Shown: in pieces, positions 11,103 to 23,699 of the stretch | Position numbering within the stretch: the first letter of the stretch is position 1 | How the letters are laid out: every line of letters starts with the position of its first letter | Origin: Chiloscyllium plagiosum | Taxonomy: Eukaryota | DNA length: 64,000 nucleotides | Direction: 5' to 3' | Assembly: GCF_004010195.1 (NCBI RefSeq) | Contig: NC_057754.1 | Location: 10,015,562-10,079,561 of the forward strand | Program-made: the position numbers and the translations under genes | The notes under the pieces: model-generated | Told to the model about the DNA's origin: nothing | What the model saw: the letters and a program-made list of their open reading frames with translations, nothing else | The model's database searches: none

Positions 11103-14100
11103 CAAGTTACAAATCACACACCAGCAGGTTATAGTCCAACAGGTTTAACTGGAAGCACTAGCTTTCGGAGCGCCGCTCCTTCATCAAATGATTGTGGAGG
11201 ATACAATTGTAAGACACAGAATTTATAGCAAAAGTTTACAGTGTGATGTAACTGAAATTATAAACTAAAAAATACCTTGATTGTTTAAGTCTCTCATCTG
11301 TGAGATGACAGACTTAATTCTAACAGATGAGAGATTGAAAAATACCTTGATTGTTTGTTAAATGTATAATTTCCAATTAAATCTGTTGGACTATAACCTG
11401 GTGATGTGTGATTTTTAACTTTAAAGATATGAGATTAACGTCTGTCTGTATCCCAATCTTGACTCAGACTGGTTCTATTTCTGAAGTAGAATTTACAAGA
11501 TATTACATGGATTGACTGCCTGTCGATATGTATTTTTTAAGCAAAATACAAATGTGTATGCGAATATAATTCTGCAAATATAAATTCATCCCCTAAACGT
11601 ATATGTGCTTGTGCATGTGAGAGAGAGTGTGTTTGTGTGTGTACAAGCTTGGCAAAGTATGTGTGAGTGTGTTATGGGAGAATAAGCCTGTGAGAGGGTG
11701 CATGCATTAGTGCGAGTGTGGAGAGTGTAAATGTGTGCATGTGGGAGGGGGTCTGCACGAATGTGAGAGTATGAAAGTGTGTGTGTGTGTTTCTGTCTGT
11801 GGGAGAGAGTGTATAATGAACTGGGGTCACATATAATGTGAGCGGTTGAGACCATCCTAATGGGTACCAAACCTGGCTAAGCGCATCTGCTCGACTACTT
11901 TGCGTTGTTGCCTGTCCCGATGTCTGCCTTGGAGGATGGTCACCTGAAGGTCTGAGGCTAAACGTCCCTGATCACTTAAGTGTCCCCCAACTGAGAGGGA
12001 ACACCAGTGTTTGGGAACTATTGTGCAATGTCCACTCAACTGATGTCGTAGTATCTTCTTGGTCTCATCCATACACCATACCTCGGGGCATCCTTGCCTG
12101 CAACGTACGAGATAGACAACATTGGCCAAGTCACATGAATACCTGCCGTGTAATGGTGGCATCTGTGTCCACACTGACACATCTTGCAGTGGTTGCCATG
12201 ATAGTGTTGTGGTTGAAGGCTGGGCAGTTTGCTGTGAACAATGATTTGTTTAAGGTTTGGTGATTTTTTTTAAAAGGTGAGAAGTGGAGTCGTAGGGAAG
12301 GTCTTGGTGAGGTGTTCATTCTCACGTGTTGCAGGCTGTGAATGAGACTTCAGGAATTCTTTCAAGATGTCAACAGTAATCCCAATGAGGCAACTGACAA
12401 ACTAGAACAGTCATCACAGAGATCTGCACAGGCGTGACCAAAGGAGGAGTCAATTTGGACCCCACCGCAGGGCCGCTGCCCTGGGCTTGACATGTATGCT
12501 CAAACATAGTCAGCAAATGTGTAAATGCCAGGTTCATCAGCTGCACCCACAAGCAGAGCAATACTTCAGCCAATCACATCGCAATGCCATCCATGCTGTT
12601 AAAACCAAATTACAACATTGTCATCAAATCAGCAGATAAAGGAGAAGCCATTGTCATTCAGAATAGAACAGCCTACTGCAAGGAAATGTACCGACAACTG
12701 AACAACCGGGAACAGTACAGCAACTACTGGCCAATCCGACCAATGAACACACCCATGAACTAAACACACTGATGAAGACTTCTGATCCAGTCCGACAGGA
12801 TTCCCTGCGTGCTTTCATCCCATGTACTTCTCATGTAGGGGACTTCTACTGCATTCCGAAGATGCACAAAGCCAACACACCAGGACATCCCATAACAGGA
12901 AACGGGACCATGTGTGAGGACTTCTCTGGCTATGTCGAAGGCATCTTGAAAACCCATTGTACAAGGGACCCCCAGCTTCTGTCGCGACACTACAGATTTC
13001 TTATAGAAACTCAGTACCCACGGACCAGTCGAACCCAGAACATTCCTCATCACAATGGATGTTTCAGCACTCTACACCAGCATCAGGACAACATCCTCAG
13101 TACTCAATACCAACAACTGCCAATCTCTAAGCACTGTCCTACAACTCATCCGCTTCATCCTTGGCCACAATGTTTTCACCTTTGACAACCAATAGAACAT
13201 AGAACAGTACAGCACAGAACAGGCCTTCAGCCCACGATGTACTTCATCCAGACACAAGGAACAGCCATGGGATCAAATTTGCACCCCAATGTCAACATTT
13301 TCATGCACAGGTTCGAACAAGACTTCTTTTCTGCACAGGACTTCCAATCAACACTATACATCAGCTAATTGACAACATTTTCTTCCTCTGAACCCATGGC
13401 AAGGAGTCACTGAAACAACTACACAGTGATATCGAGTTTCATCCCACTATCAGACTTACCACGGACAACTCTTTAGTATCTGTCTCATTCTTGGACACAT
13501 GCATCTCCATCAAGGATGGGCACCTGACTTAACCACAAACCCATGAATAATGTCACGATGCTACACTTCTCCAGCTTCCACATATCAAAACAGCCATCCC
13601 CTACAGACAAGCCTTATGCATACAGAGGATCTGTTCAAATGAGGAGAAACGTGACGGACGCCTGAAAGTGTTCAAGATGCCCTCATAAGAACAATGTACG
13701 ATTCTCAAGGCAGACATCGGGACAGGCAACAACGCAAAGTGACCGAGCAGAGGCTGATAGCCAGGTTCAGTACCCATTGGGATGGCCTCAACCGGTCACA
13801 TTACAAGTGACCCCAGTTCATTATACACTCACAGACAGAAACACACACACACACTTTCATACTCTCACACTCATGCAGACCCCCTCTCACATGCACATAT
13901 TTACACTCCCCATACTCACACTAATGAATGCACCCTCATCAATCACCAGTTCGAACATGCCAGAGTGAGAAACCATAATGAACTCCTCAGGAGCTGGGCA
14001 CAGGTTGCAACCGATAGGGTATCCTTTGTTGTCCAGTACATCCCGGGAGCCGAAAAACTGTACCATCTTCGCAGCCTGCAACACATTATCAATAAGGACG

Positions 14101-15067
14101 AACAACTTGCTAAGATCTTCCCTACACCTCCACTTCGCGCCTTTAAACAACCACCAAACTTTAAACAGATCATTTTTTGCAGCAAACTGCCCAGCCTTCA
14201 GGACAACATCGACCACAACATTGGACAGCCCCATCACAGCAACCACTGCAAGACATGCCAGATGGTCGATGCAGATACCACCATTACATGGGAGGACACC
14301 ATCCACCATGTACGAAGCAGGTACTCATGTGACTCAGCCAACATTGTCTACCACATATGATGCAGGCAAGGATGCCCCAAGGCATGGGACATTGGCGAGA
14401 CCAAGCAGACAACGTACAACAATCACTAGACAATGGTGTTACCTCCGAGTCGAGGAACACTTCAGTGGTCAGGGACATTCGGTCTAAAACCTTCAGGTGA
14501 GCATCCTCCAAGGCAGACTTCAGGACAGACAACTACGTAAAGTGATCAAGCAGAAGCTGATAGCCAAGTTCAGTACACTGAGGATGGCCTCAACTGGACC
14601 TTGGCAACAAGCATGTCACACTACAGGTGACCCCACTGCATTGTGTACGTACACACACACACGCACAGACCTTCTCTCATACACACACATATACATGCCC
14701 CACATTCACATCCACGCATGCACCCTCTCACAGGATTATACCCCATCATACACACACTTTACCAAACTTGCACATACTCTCTCACATGCACTCACACGTG
14801 CACACACAAATGCACACTCACTGTCTCTTTGTCCTACGTGCATGCGCACACACATTAAAGTTCATATTTGCAACATTATATTTGCATATACATTCTATTT
14901 TGCTCAAAAAATACTTAACCTACAGGCAGTCAATCCATGTAAGATCTTGTAAATTCCACTTTAGATATAGAACCACTCTGACTCAGGATTGGGACACAGA
15001 CTTTCACCTCACCCCTTTAATGCACTAACAAACCCATTCTAAAAGATGAAAGACTTAATCTAGTTCA

Positions 15068-15525
15068 AAGTTTGTGAGAAGATTTATAGCTCGGGTGCTC
15101 GTTGTTGTGGTTCTGTTCGCTGAGCTGGGAATTTGTGTTGCAGATGTTTCGTCCCCTGTTTTGGTGACATCCTCAGTGCTTGGGAGCCTCCTGTGAAGCG
15201 CTTCTGTGATCTTTCCTCTGGCATTTGTAGTGGTTTGAATCTGTCGCTTCCGGTTGTCAGTTCCAGCTGTCCTTTGCAGTGGTTGGTATATTGGGTCCAG
15301 GTCGATGTGCTTGTTGATTGAATCTGTGGATGAGTGCCATGCCTCTAGGAATTCCCTGGCTGTTCTCTGTTTGGCTTGTCCTATAATTCAAACCACTACA
15401 AATGCCGGAGGAAAGATCACAGAAGCGCTTCACAGAAGGCTCCCAAGCACTGAGGATGTCACCTAGACAGGGGACGAAACGTCTGCAACACAAATTCCCA
15501 GCTCGGCAAACAGAACCACGACAAC
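15068..15525. mobile_element. Second-family PLE end nested in the large PLE: inverted pLTRs around a GIY-YIG tail
   Basis: 15101-15240 and 15386-15525 are inverted copies. Between them the minus strand reads IGQAKQRTAREFLEAWHSSTDSINKHIDLDPIY. Confidence 0.85.
15447..15486 (+). ncRNA. Minimal type-I hammerhead ribozyme motif, intact core
   Basis: GCA-CTGAGGA-T-GTCaCCT/agac/AGGgGAC-GAAAC-GTC-TGC. Helix I GCA/TGC, palindromic ACGT helix III, GUC cleavage triplet. Confidence 0.8.
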
Positions 15526-16089
15526 TTAATTTGTCTTGTTCAACATATAATTTCAGCTGCATTACACTGTTCTTTTGCTATAAATTCTGTGTCTTAAGAT
15601 CCTGCTTCACAACCACCCAATGAAGAAGCAGCGCTTCGAAAGCTAGTGTCTCTAAATAAATTTGTTGGACTATAACCTGGTGTTGTGTGGTTTTTAACCC
15701 TAAAAGTTGACATCCCCACTTCCTGATGTTGCTGTGTCTGATCAGGATATGGACCAGTTAGGTGAAAGGTTCGGTCTGTCCTCAAGGCACAGTGGGGAAA
15801 GACCACAACCTAAGGTCATTATGCTGAAGTTAAATTCGATTATCAGACCATCTGCTGTCTCAAATATATGTCAATATAATCTTGTCCAACTAAATGCTCA
15901 GTTGCAAAGGTTCATTTGCTGGATATAGTCACGTTCCAATTTTTTTTATCCATGTGCTACTGTACAGAACCAAACTGCTTTAGTGACTATGTATGTATAC
16001 AACGATATTTTTTATGAAGGCGGCCAATTTTTAGTGTGTATGATGGGGTTGCCAACTATAGGGCTTTATAAGCATTAGAAACAATACTC

Positions 16090-16720
16090 AATATCACAGG
16101 TGCCAGCGTTCAGCCAAACCATTGCCAAAAATTGAATACATAAACAACTTGATACTGCATAGGCAATTGGCCCAGACAATGTTCCATCAACAGTATAACT
16201 GAACAGCACTGCTGCATAACTGGTGCACCGGAACCAAGGTGTGCAGTGCAAAACTGGCATCCACTAGGCAATATCGGTATACAGCCATGTCATATCCACA
16301 AAAAATACAAATCCAACTCTGCCAATTACTTTCAATAATTTACTCTCTGTCATCAGTAAGGTCATGGAAGGGGGCAACAACACTGCTATCAAGTAGTATT
16401 CACTCCACAATAACCAGCTCATTGATGTTGTTTGTGTTCGACCACGGCCACTTGGCTTTTGATATCATCATAGTATTAGTCAACATGGACAAAAGCACTG
16501 AACACCAGAGGGGAGAGGAGAGTGACCATCCTTGACATCACCGCAGTATTTGACTGGTAAGATATTAACAAGCTGTTCCAAAACTAGAGTCAATAGGAAT
16601 CAAAGGGGAATCAAATGCAGCCCAAATGCTTATGACTCTTCATAGTCAATCATCCCAAGCCCAGCACACCATGTACGTTTCTCAGCGTACTGTGCTCAGC
16701 CCAGCCTTGTGCAGCTGTAT
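16090..16720 (+). mobile_element. Decayed CR1/L2-group LINE fragment (same family as 52670-54900)
   Basis: ggcaattggcccagacaatgttccatc and ccttgacatcaccgcagtatttgac are homologous to the RT at 53-54 kb. Confidence 0.6.
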
Positions 16721-17689
16721 TGGAGATACTTCAGAGGAATTTACTAGATTGATTCCAGGGATGAGGGGTTTATCTTATAAAGAGAGTTTGAGCAATATAG
16801 GCCAATTCACTCTGGCATTTAGAAGAATGCGAAAGTGGATTGATGAAAGATTGACAGGTTTAGGGATGGAATATCAGAGTGGCAATGCCAGTATTGACTC
16901 CTTACAATCAGAGGATCTAAGGAGTTCACAATGAAAGGAAGACTAGTATCTCAGGGCAAGTAAGTAGAGACAATTGAGGTAGAGAGTAACACAGCCAAAT
17001 GTTCAAATATCACAGAGAGGGTGTGACTGGATATTACAAAGGGGTAAAAACAGAATTTCTTTTTCTGCAGAAACACAGAAGGTTTGGCAATATCTGTGGA
17101 GAGAAAGCAGAATCAACATTATGGCTTCTTCAAGATAGGAAGGGAGGAACATGGGCAAGACATCAGCTATCTCAAACAGTGACCAACTGGAAATGAGAGA
17201 TGGGGAGGGGCATGGCCAGATGTGAAATTATCACAGAGAGCGAGGGATTGGAGGTTAGGTGATCAGGAGGGATGAAGCCAAGGAGGGATTTGTCAACCAG
17301 GATGCAAATTTTCAAATTTGGACATGGTTCGGTCAGGAGACAATTTAGTCAGTGACGGCAGAGGTGAGGTTGAATAGGTTTTGGTACACAACGAGCAGAC
17401 TTTGAATAACCTCACATTTCTGGGTCAGGATGGATTGAGTATGAACTGGAATCAAATCTCAAGGTAATATAAAGCCCTTGAAAGATGAGCTATGATGGAC
17501 TGCCAACAGATGCTGTCATGTAGCTAGAAAGTTCCGGTGTTCGGTATGGTGTGGGAATGTGGCCAAGAACACATCTGCAATGACAGTGAGAGGTGTTCAA
17601 AAAGGAATGGAGGTGAGTATAGGCACAATGTGTTTCCTTTAGGGCAAAATGTTGTAGCACAAGCCCAGAGAACCTTGGATGTCTATGAA

Positions 17690-19610
17690 CGTTCAGGACT
17701 GGATAAAAAGAAAAATAGAGTACAAAAAATACAAAGGGTGCAAATCAACAGAGGTCATAGTACTGGGCTGTGAGTGCATTGAGGAGACAAACAGAGGGAA
17801 TGAGAACACTTGCAGGCAGGATTTGGAAGAATCCTAAGCTGTTCTGCAAATATCTCAAGAGGAAGATAATATCCATGGAAACAGTAGGGCCCATTAGCGA
17901 CCACAGGGTAAATCTGTGTATAGCCGCAGAGGACATCAGTGGTGTTAAATGAATACTTCACAACTGTTTTCACTCAGATACATGCAGGCACAGAATTTGA
18001 AAGGTTTGGCGATGAAGTTCTTGAGCAGATTGATATAGGGGAGTGAAGCGGTTGTGAAGGTTTTAGCAGATTTAAAAGTGAACAAATCCCCAGGTTCAGA
18101 CGAATTGTATTCCAGGCTGCTGTGGAAGACGAGGGAAGAAATCACAGGGGCTCTGGCTGCAGAGGGATGCCAGAGAACAGGAGGACAGATAATCTGATTC
18201 CCACCCTTCTTGAAAAGTTAAGATAAACCCCAGGAAAGTACAGACCAGTGAATCTCACATCATTTGTAGGGAAACTGTTGGATAAAATTCTGAAGGAGAG
18301 AATTTATCTTCAGTTAAAGAAGCAAGGTTGGATCAGAAAGAGCCAACATGGCTTTGTCAGAAGGTGGTCATGACTAACAAATCTGGTCAAATGTTTAGAA
18401 GAGATGCACAAGTGTATTGATGAAATTGATGTAGTTTGCATGGATTTCAACAAACCCTTTTTACAAGTTTCCATGTGGGAGACTGATAAAAAAAATTGGC
18501 AGCATGGCGGAAGACAGAAGGCTGTTAGTGTGACTACAGTCCAGTGTGCAATGGTATGCCATAGGAATCAGTATTGAGTTTGTTATTGTTCGTGATATAC
18601 GTCAACGATATGGATAATAATGTCGGGAGGATGACACAAAGATTTTGAGAAAGTCTTTGACAGTGAGGAAGAAGGTTTTGGGTTACAGGATTGGTCTGAT
18701 GGATAGATTAATGGCAGATGGCATTTAATCCAGATACATGTGGGGTGATGCACCTTGTAAGTAACATGACAATGGAGTACTCAACAAATGGCAGAACAAT
18801 AAGAAGCTCAGAGGTACAGAAGGATCTTGGGTGCTTGTCCATAAATTCCTGAAGATGGCAGCACAGATGAATAGGGTTGTTAAGGTCACTTGTGTTTACT
18901 AGTTGAGGCATAAGAGTAGGGAGGTTATGTTGGAGCTGCACAGAACTTTGGTTAGGACACAGCTGGCATACCTTGTGCAGTCTGGTGACCACACTATGGG
19001 AAGAATTGCACTGAAAAGGGTGCGGAGGAGATTCACCAAAATATTACTCAGGATGTAGCGTTCAGTTATGAAGAGAGGCTGGATAAGTTCAGGTTGTTTT
19101 CTTTGGAGCAGTGAAGGTTGAGGGGGAACCTCATTAAGGTTTACAAGAACGAAGGGAATACACACAGCAAACAGAAAGCAGCTGTCCCTTTCATCTAAAG
19201 GTCATTGATAAAGAGGGCATCATTTTAAGATGAAAGGCAGAACATTTAGATGAGATTTGAGGAAAATGTTTTCACCAAGAGCGTCGTAGGGACCTGGAAT
19301 ACACTGCTTCACAGGGTAGTTGAAGTGAGGTAAATCTCATGACCTTTCAAGTATTTGGATGAGCACTTGAAATGCCAAGTCTGTGGGCCCAGTGCCTAAA
19401 AGAAGGACTAGTAATAGATTAGTTGAGCTTTGGTAGTACAGGGAGAAAGTGAGGACTGCAGATGCTAGAGACCAGAGTTGAAAAATGTGGTGCTAGAAAA
19501 ACACAGCAGGCCAGGCAGCATCTGAGGAGCAGGAGAATCGACGTTTCGGGCATAAGCCCTTCTTCAGTACAGACTCAATAGTTTTTCTGCACTGTATGAT
19601 TCTCATCATG
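17690..19610 (+). mobile_element. Decayed CR1 LINE ORF2
   Basis: LAGRIWKNPKLFCKY, LNEYFTTVFT, DLKVNKSPGSDELYSRLL and YRPVNLTS motifs, running on to the CR1 3' end. Confidence 0.85.
19442..19567 (-). mobile_element. Mini PLE with intact hammerhead core and 7-bp TSD
   Basis: Minus strand CTGAAGA-A-GGGC/ttat/GCCC-GAAAC-GTC at 19567-19540. TSD AGTACAG at 19435-19441 and 19566-19572. Confidence 0.8.
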
Positions 19611-20663
19611 TACAGCAAAGGAGAAGATAATTAGGAAACAGAATTTTGAGTGGTAACTGAAGACATCAGCTTTTTCTTCCAATGGTTAGCAGGAGGAATT
19701 GCTGCTTATCCAGCTCTGGAACCAACAGTCTAATAATTGAACAATAGTAGAAAAATGGAGAGGTGGGACAGGGAGTGAGTAGGTAGAGATAGATGTGTGA
19801 AATCTAATGCAAGGCTTTGGATTATGCCACATAGTAGCATTGTATGGATAAGAAATAGGAGAGCCAAAGATAAATCCCTTCAATCATAAATTTTACAATA
19901 TAGGTGTCCATTTCAACCCACTGTGTCTGTACCAACTCCCAAAAGAGCTACCCAGCTAGTTCCATTTTCCAGCCCTATCTCTGTAGCCATCTAACTTCAT
20001 CCCTTTCAAACATATCCAGCTGTCTTTTGAAACTTCCTGTGGAATCCATCTCCACCACTCTCTCAGGCAGCACATTCAAAATCCTAACAACTCCAAGTAA
20101 AGAAATCTCTCCTCATCTCACTTCCTGCTGTCTTGCTGGCAATCTTGAATTGTGACCTCTCATTACTGACATATCACAGAGTGGAAGCAGAATGTCCTTT
20201 TTCAAACCGTCAAAATTGTTGATAATTTTGAAAACGTCAGTAAGGTCATGTCTTAATCTTCTCTGCTCCAAGGAGAATAAGACAAATTTCTCTAATCTTT
20301 CCTTGAATCTAAAATTCCTCATTCCTGGTATCATTCTAGTGTATTTCCTTTGCATTCTTCCCAGGATTTTAACATTGTTCATTAAATAAAGTGCCCTAGA
20401 ACCGAATACTCCAAATGTGGCCTGACCAATGATTTGTCGACCTGTAGCATCACGTCCTTTTTCTATACTCTTTCTCCTAATAATTAACCCAAAGATCCCA
20501 TATACCCTCTTAAAAGCTGTTTCAACTTGTTTGACCACCTTCAGAGAATTGTACACTTGAACCCTGACACTCCTGGATGACACTCAAAGTTGTATCATTT
20601 AACCTGCTTATCTCTCCATGTTTCTCCTTCCAGAATGCATTACCTCACATTTCTTTGCATTGA

Positions 20664-20974
20664 CCTATCTGGGCAAACATGACACTATTGTTAAAGTTCA
20701 CTTTAGAATGTAACTTTTTAAAAAAGTTTTGCAATTTACATATGAGAGAACTGAAACCAACATGGTCATTCGAAACGATGAGAGACTTCACAAACAATCC
20801 AGGTCTTTTTCAATATATAATTTCAGTTACATCACACTGTAATTTTTTGCTATAAATTCTGTGTCTTACAATCTTATTCTCCACAACCACCTGATGAAGG
20901 AGCAGCACTCCGAAAGCTAGTGCTTCCAAATAAACCTGTTGGACTATAACCTGGTGTGGTGTGATTTTTAACCC
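20664..20974 (+). mobile_element. PLE pLTR-derived insertion with intact hammerhead
   Basis: Homologous to the large PLE 3' end (15030-15700). TSD TGCATTGA at 20656-20663 and 20975-20982. Confidence 0.8.
20888..20922 (+). ncRNA. Minimal type-I hammerhead ribozyme motif
   Basis: CAC-CTGATGA-A-GGAG/cagca/CTCC-GAAA-GCTA-GTG. Helix I CAC/GTG, palindromic AGCT helix III, CUA triplet. Confidence 0.75.
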
Positions 20975-22321
20975 TGCATTGAAATTCATCTGCTAAGTAT
21001 CTACCCATTTGACTAATTTGTCAGGGTCCTGCTGAAGTCGCTCAGTATCATCCTCACAGTTCATTGTTTTTCCTCCCTGCAAGGTTAGAGATTTTGCCCT
21101 CGACACTCATCTCCAAGTCATTTAGAGATCAGAAAAAGCAAGGCTCCCAAACTGATCCATGTGGTACACCACTTTCAATTCATCTCTAGACTGAGAAATT
21201 CTTTCCTATACTTAAGATCTGTTTCCAATCATTTAGCCAACCTCTAATCCACGTTGCCAAAAAACTCATCAATCCCAAACATTTCTAATTCGCTAAGCAA
21301 CCTGTCAAGTGGCACCGTGTCAAATGCTTTCTGAAAGTCCAAATATTCATCATCTACAACCTGTCAAAGAACTCAACTAAATCAATCAGATATGACCTGC
21401 CCTTGACAAAGCTATGTTGACTCTTGTATTAACTTATTTTTCTCCAAGTGTATATTTATCCCTTAATTCAGGCTCCATCAGTTTGTGGACTATTGAAGTC
21501 AAGCTGACAGGTCTGTAGTTTCCTTTTCTTAAGACACAGCAACACATTTGCAATCCTCCTGTCCCCCGGGACTAATCCTGTGCTCAGAGGGCGCCTGTGG
21601 AATTTCTGTCAAGGGCTCCATTATTTGCCCCCTTATCTCTCTCAACAATCTAGAATGCATCCCATCCGGGCCAGCCTTGGGGGACACCAAGTTCTAAGCC
21701 TTCTGAAAGGAAAGGGTGGTGCAGAGATGGGGTGGTTGCTTTCAAGGATAGTGCGGTCAAGATTTGGTTTTTCACGGGATGGTGATGATGGTGGATTTAA
21801 ACTGAGTTCCATGATCAAGCAAGACTGCACAATATCAACTTATTTGGGGATGTAGGGAGAGTTTTGCTCAACAACTGAATGAGAAGGGTGGAGGGACTAG
21901 GAAGTTGGTCTCATAGAAGCATTGGAGGTTGTAGAGGAACTGGACACAGTTGAGAGCTCAGGGTTCAGAGGAGGAGGACAGTTTCAGGGAAAGGAAGTAC
22001 GTGGAAGAGGCAGCTGGTCAGATCATCTCAAAGTGAATGACAAAGAAGCTCCACAAACTCCCCACAAGATGGGGGCAACAGAAAAGGAGAACAGTTTGAA
22101 AGGAAAGGGCCAGGACCTTCAAAAGTTTTGACAGACTGTGTTTACCGAGCTGGAGTTGATTAATTTCAGTAGACACAGACTCAAATGGACATGGTTCAAA
22201 CATCAATTTAAAAAAGAATTCTGAATCAAACTGATTGGATAAATATTGAGGTAGCTCCATGGCAAGTAAAACCAGATTTTTGGCCGAGAGGTAAGTACAC
22301 AGTGAAATCCAAGCACAGTCG

Positions 22322-23527
22322 TTATTCATGGACCCGTTGATGACTCAGCAGATTGGATTTCACAGCAAATCTCTTTCCACAGTCAGAGCAGGCAAACGGC
22401 CTCTCTCCAGTGTGAACTCGCTGGTGTACAGTGAGTTGGGATGACCACTTGAACCCAGTCCCACAGTGAGAGCACCTGAATGGTCTCTCGTCAGTGTGAA
22501 CACGTTGATGGGACATCAAGCTCCCGGAGCTTTTATAGCACTTCCCACAGTCTGGGCATTGAAAAGGTCTCTCCTCTGTGTGAACTTGCTGGTGTTTCAG
22601 TAGGTTGGATTTCTGAGTGAATCCCTTCCCACACTCAGTGCAGGTGAACGGTCTCTCCCCAGTGTGAATCCGCTGGTGATCAATGAGGTCAGATGATCGC
22701 CTAAACCCAGTATCGCAACGAGAGCACCTGAAAGGTCTCTCATCAGTGTGAACACGCTGATGGGACATCAGGTCCCCAGAACTTCTGTAATGTTTCCCAC
22801 AGTCTGGGCATTTAAAAGGTCTTTCCTCACTATGAATATGTTGATGGGACATCAGTTCCTTGGAGCTTTTATAGCACTTCCCACAATCTAAACATCTGAA
22901 AGGTCTCTCATTAATGTGAACATGCTGGTGTGTCAGCAGATTGCATGACTGAGTGAATCTCTTCCCACACAAAAAGCAGCTGAACGGCCTGTTGTTGGTG
23001 TGAACTCGCTGGTGTGACGTGAGGTTCGATGAATCAGTGAATCCCTTCCCACAGACAGAGCAGGTGAAGGGCCTCTCCCCAGTGTGAAGCCGCTGATGTG
23101 TCATAAGGTGAGATGACCGAGAGAACCCCTTCCCACACTCCATGCAGGTGAACGGGGTCTCCCCAGTGTGAACTCGCTGGTGTGTAGCAAGTTGGGATGA
23201 CCACCTGAATCCAGCCCTACATTGAGAGCAACTGAAGGGTCTCTCATCAGTGTGAACACGTTGATGGGACACCAGATCCCTAGAGCTTTTAAAGCACTTG
23301 CTACAGTCTAAGCATTTAAAAGGTCTCTCCTCTGTGTGAATTTGCTGGTGCCTCAGCAGAGTGGATGATCGAGCGAATCCTTTCCCACACTGGGAACAGA
23401 TGAACGGCCTCTCCCCGCTGTGACTGTATTCATGTTCTGCCAGGGCCAATGATCTGCTGAAACCTTGTCCGCATGTACAACATGTGTACAGTTTCTCCCC
23501 TCTGTGAATGGCGCTTTTTCTTTCCAT
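22322..23527 (-). CDS. C2H2 zinc-finger protein ZNF-B, ~401 aa, 14 tandem fingers
   Basis: Open ORF from ATG 23527 ([16 protein letters not shown]) with 14 fingers. Acceptor tttcacag with the exon starting at 23636. In-frame TAA at 23545. Confidence 0.93.
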   Translation of the reverse strand: MERKSAIHRGEKLYTCCTCGQGFSRSLALAEHEYSHSGERPFICSQCGKGFARSSTLLRHQQIHTEERPFKCLDCSKCFKSSRDLVSHQRVHTDERPFSCSQCRAGFRWSSQLATHQRVHTGETPFTCMECGKGFSRSSHLMTHQRLHTGERPFTCSVCGKGFTDSSNLTSHQRVHTNNRPFSCFLCGKRFTQSCNLLTHQHVHINERPFRCLDCGKCYKSSKELMSHQHIHSEERPFKCPDCGKHYRSSGDLMSHQRVHTDERPFRCSRCDTGFRRSSDLIDHQRIHTGERPFTCTECGKGFTQKSNLLKHQQVHTEERPFQCPDCGKCYKSSGSLMSHQRVHTDERPFRCSHCGTGFKWSSQLTVHQRVHTGERPFACSDCGKRFAVKSNLLSHQRVHE

Positions 23528-23699
23528 GTTCAAAATCCAATGTTATTCAGGCTACAATGAATTGGATGACTCAGTCAGATCTCGAAGCGATGTTTGGTTT
23601 AAGTTTCCTCACTGCAAATCGTCCCCTTCAAACACCCTGTGAAACTGGTTGAAAACAGAATAAAGGAAGTGAGAGAGAACCCAGACAAAAATGAGATTA

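Larger units (their letters stand above)
11105..15710 (+). mobile_element. Near-complete decayed Penelope-like retroelement: inverted pLTR/GIY-YIG copy (11105-12330), RT (12340-13700), GIY-YIG (14240-14600), 3' pLTR
   Basis: RT motifs IVIKSADKG, FYCIPKMHK, TMDVSALYTSI, QTQGTAMG and VSFLD. CKTC..YSCDSANIVY..C..C..IGET endonuclease motif. Inverted and partial direct terminal repeats with CA-rich tracts. Confidence 0.9.
19890..21660 (-). mobile_element. Decayed CR1 LINE ORF2
   Basis: ORF 20113-20583 (-) reads MIPGMRNFRFKERLEKFVLFSLEQRRLRHDLTDVFKI; RT motifs lie further upstream. Confidence 0.8.

Noticed and set aside
14497-15028. His/Thr-rich ORFs (also 11586-11870 and 13777-13968)
   Set aside because: Translations of (CA)n-rich PLE pLTR sequence.
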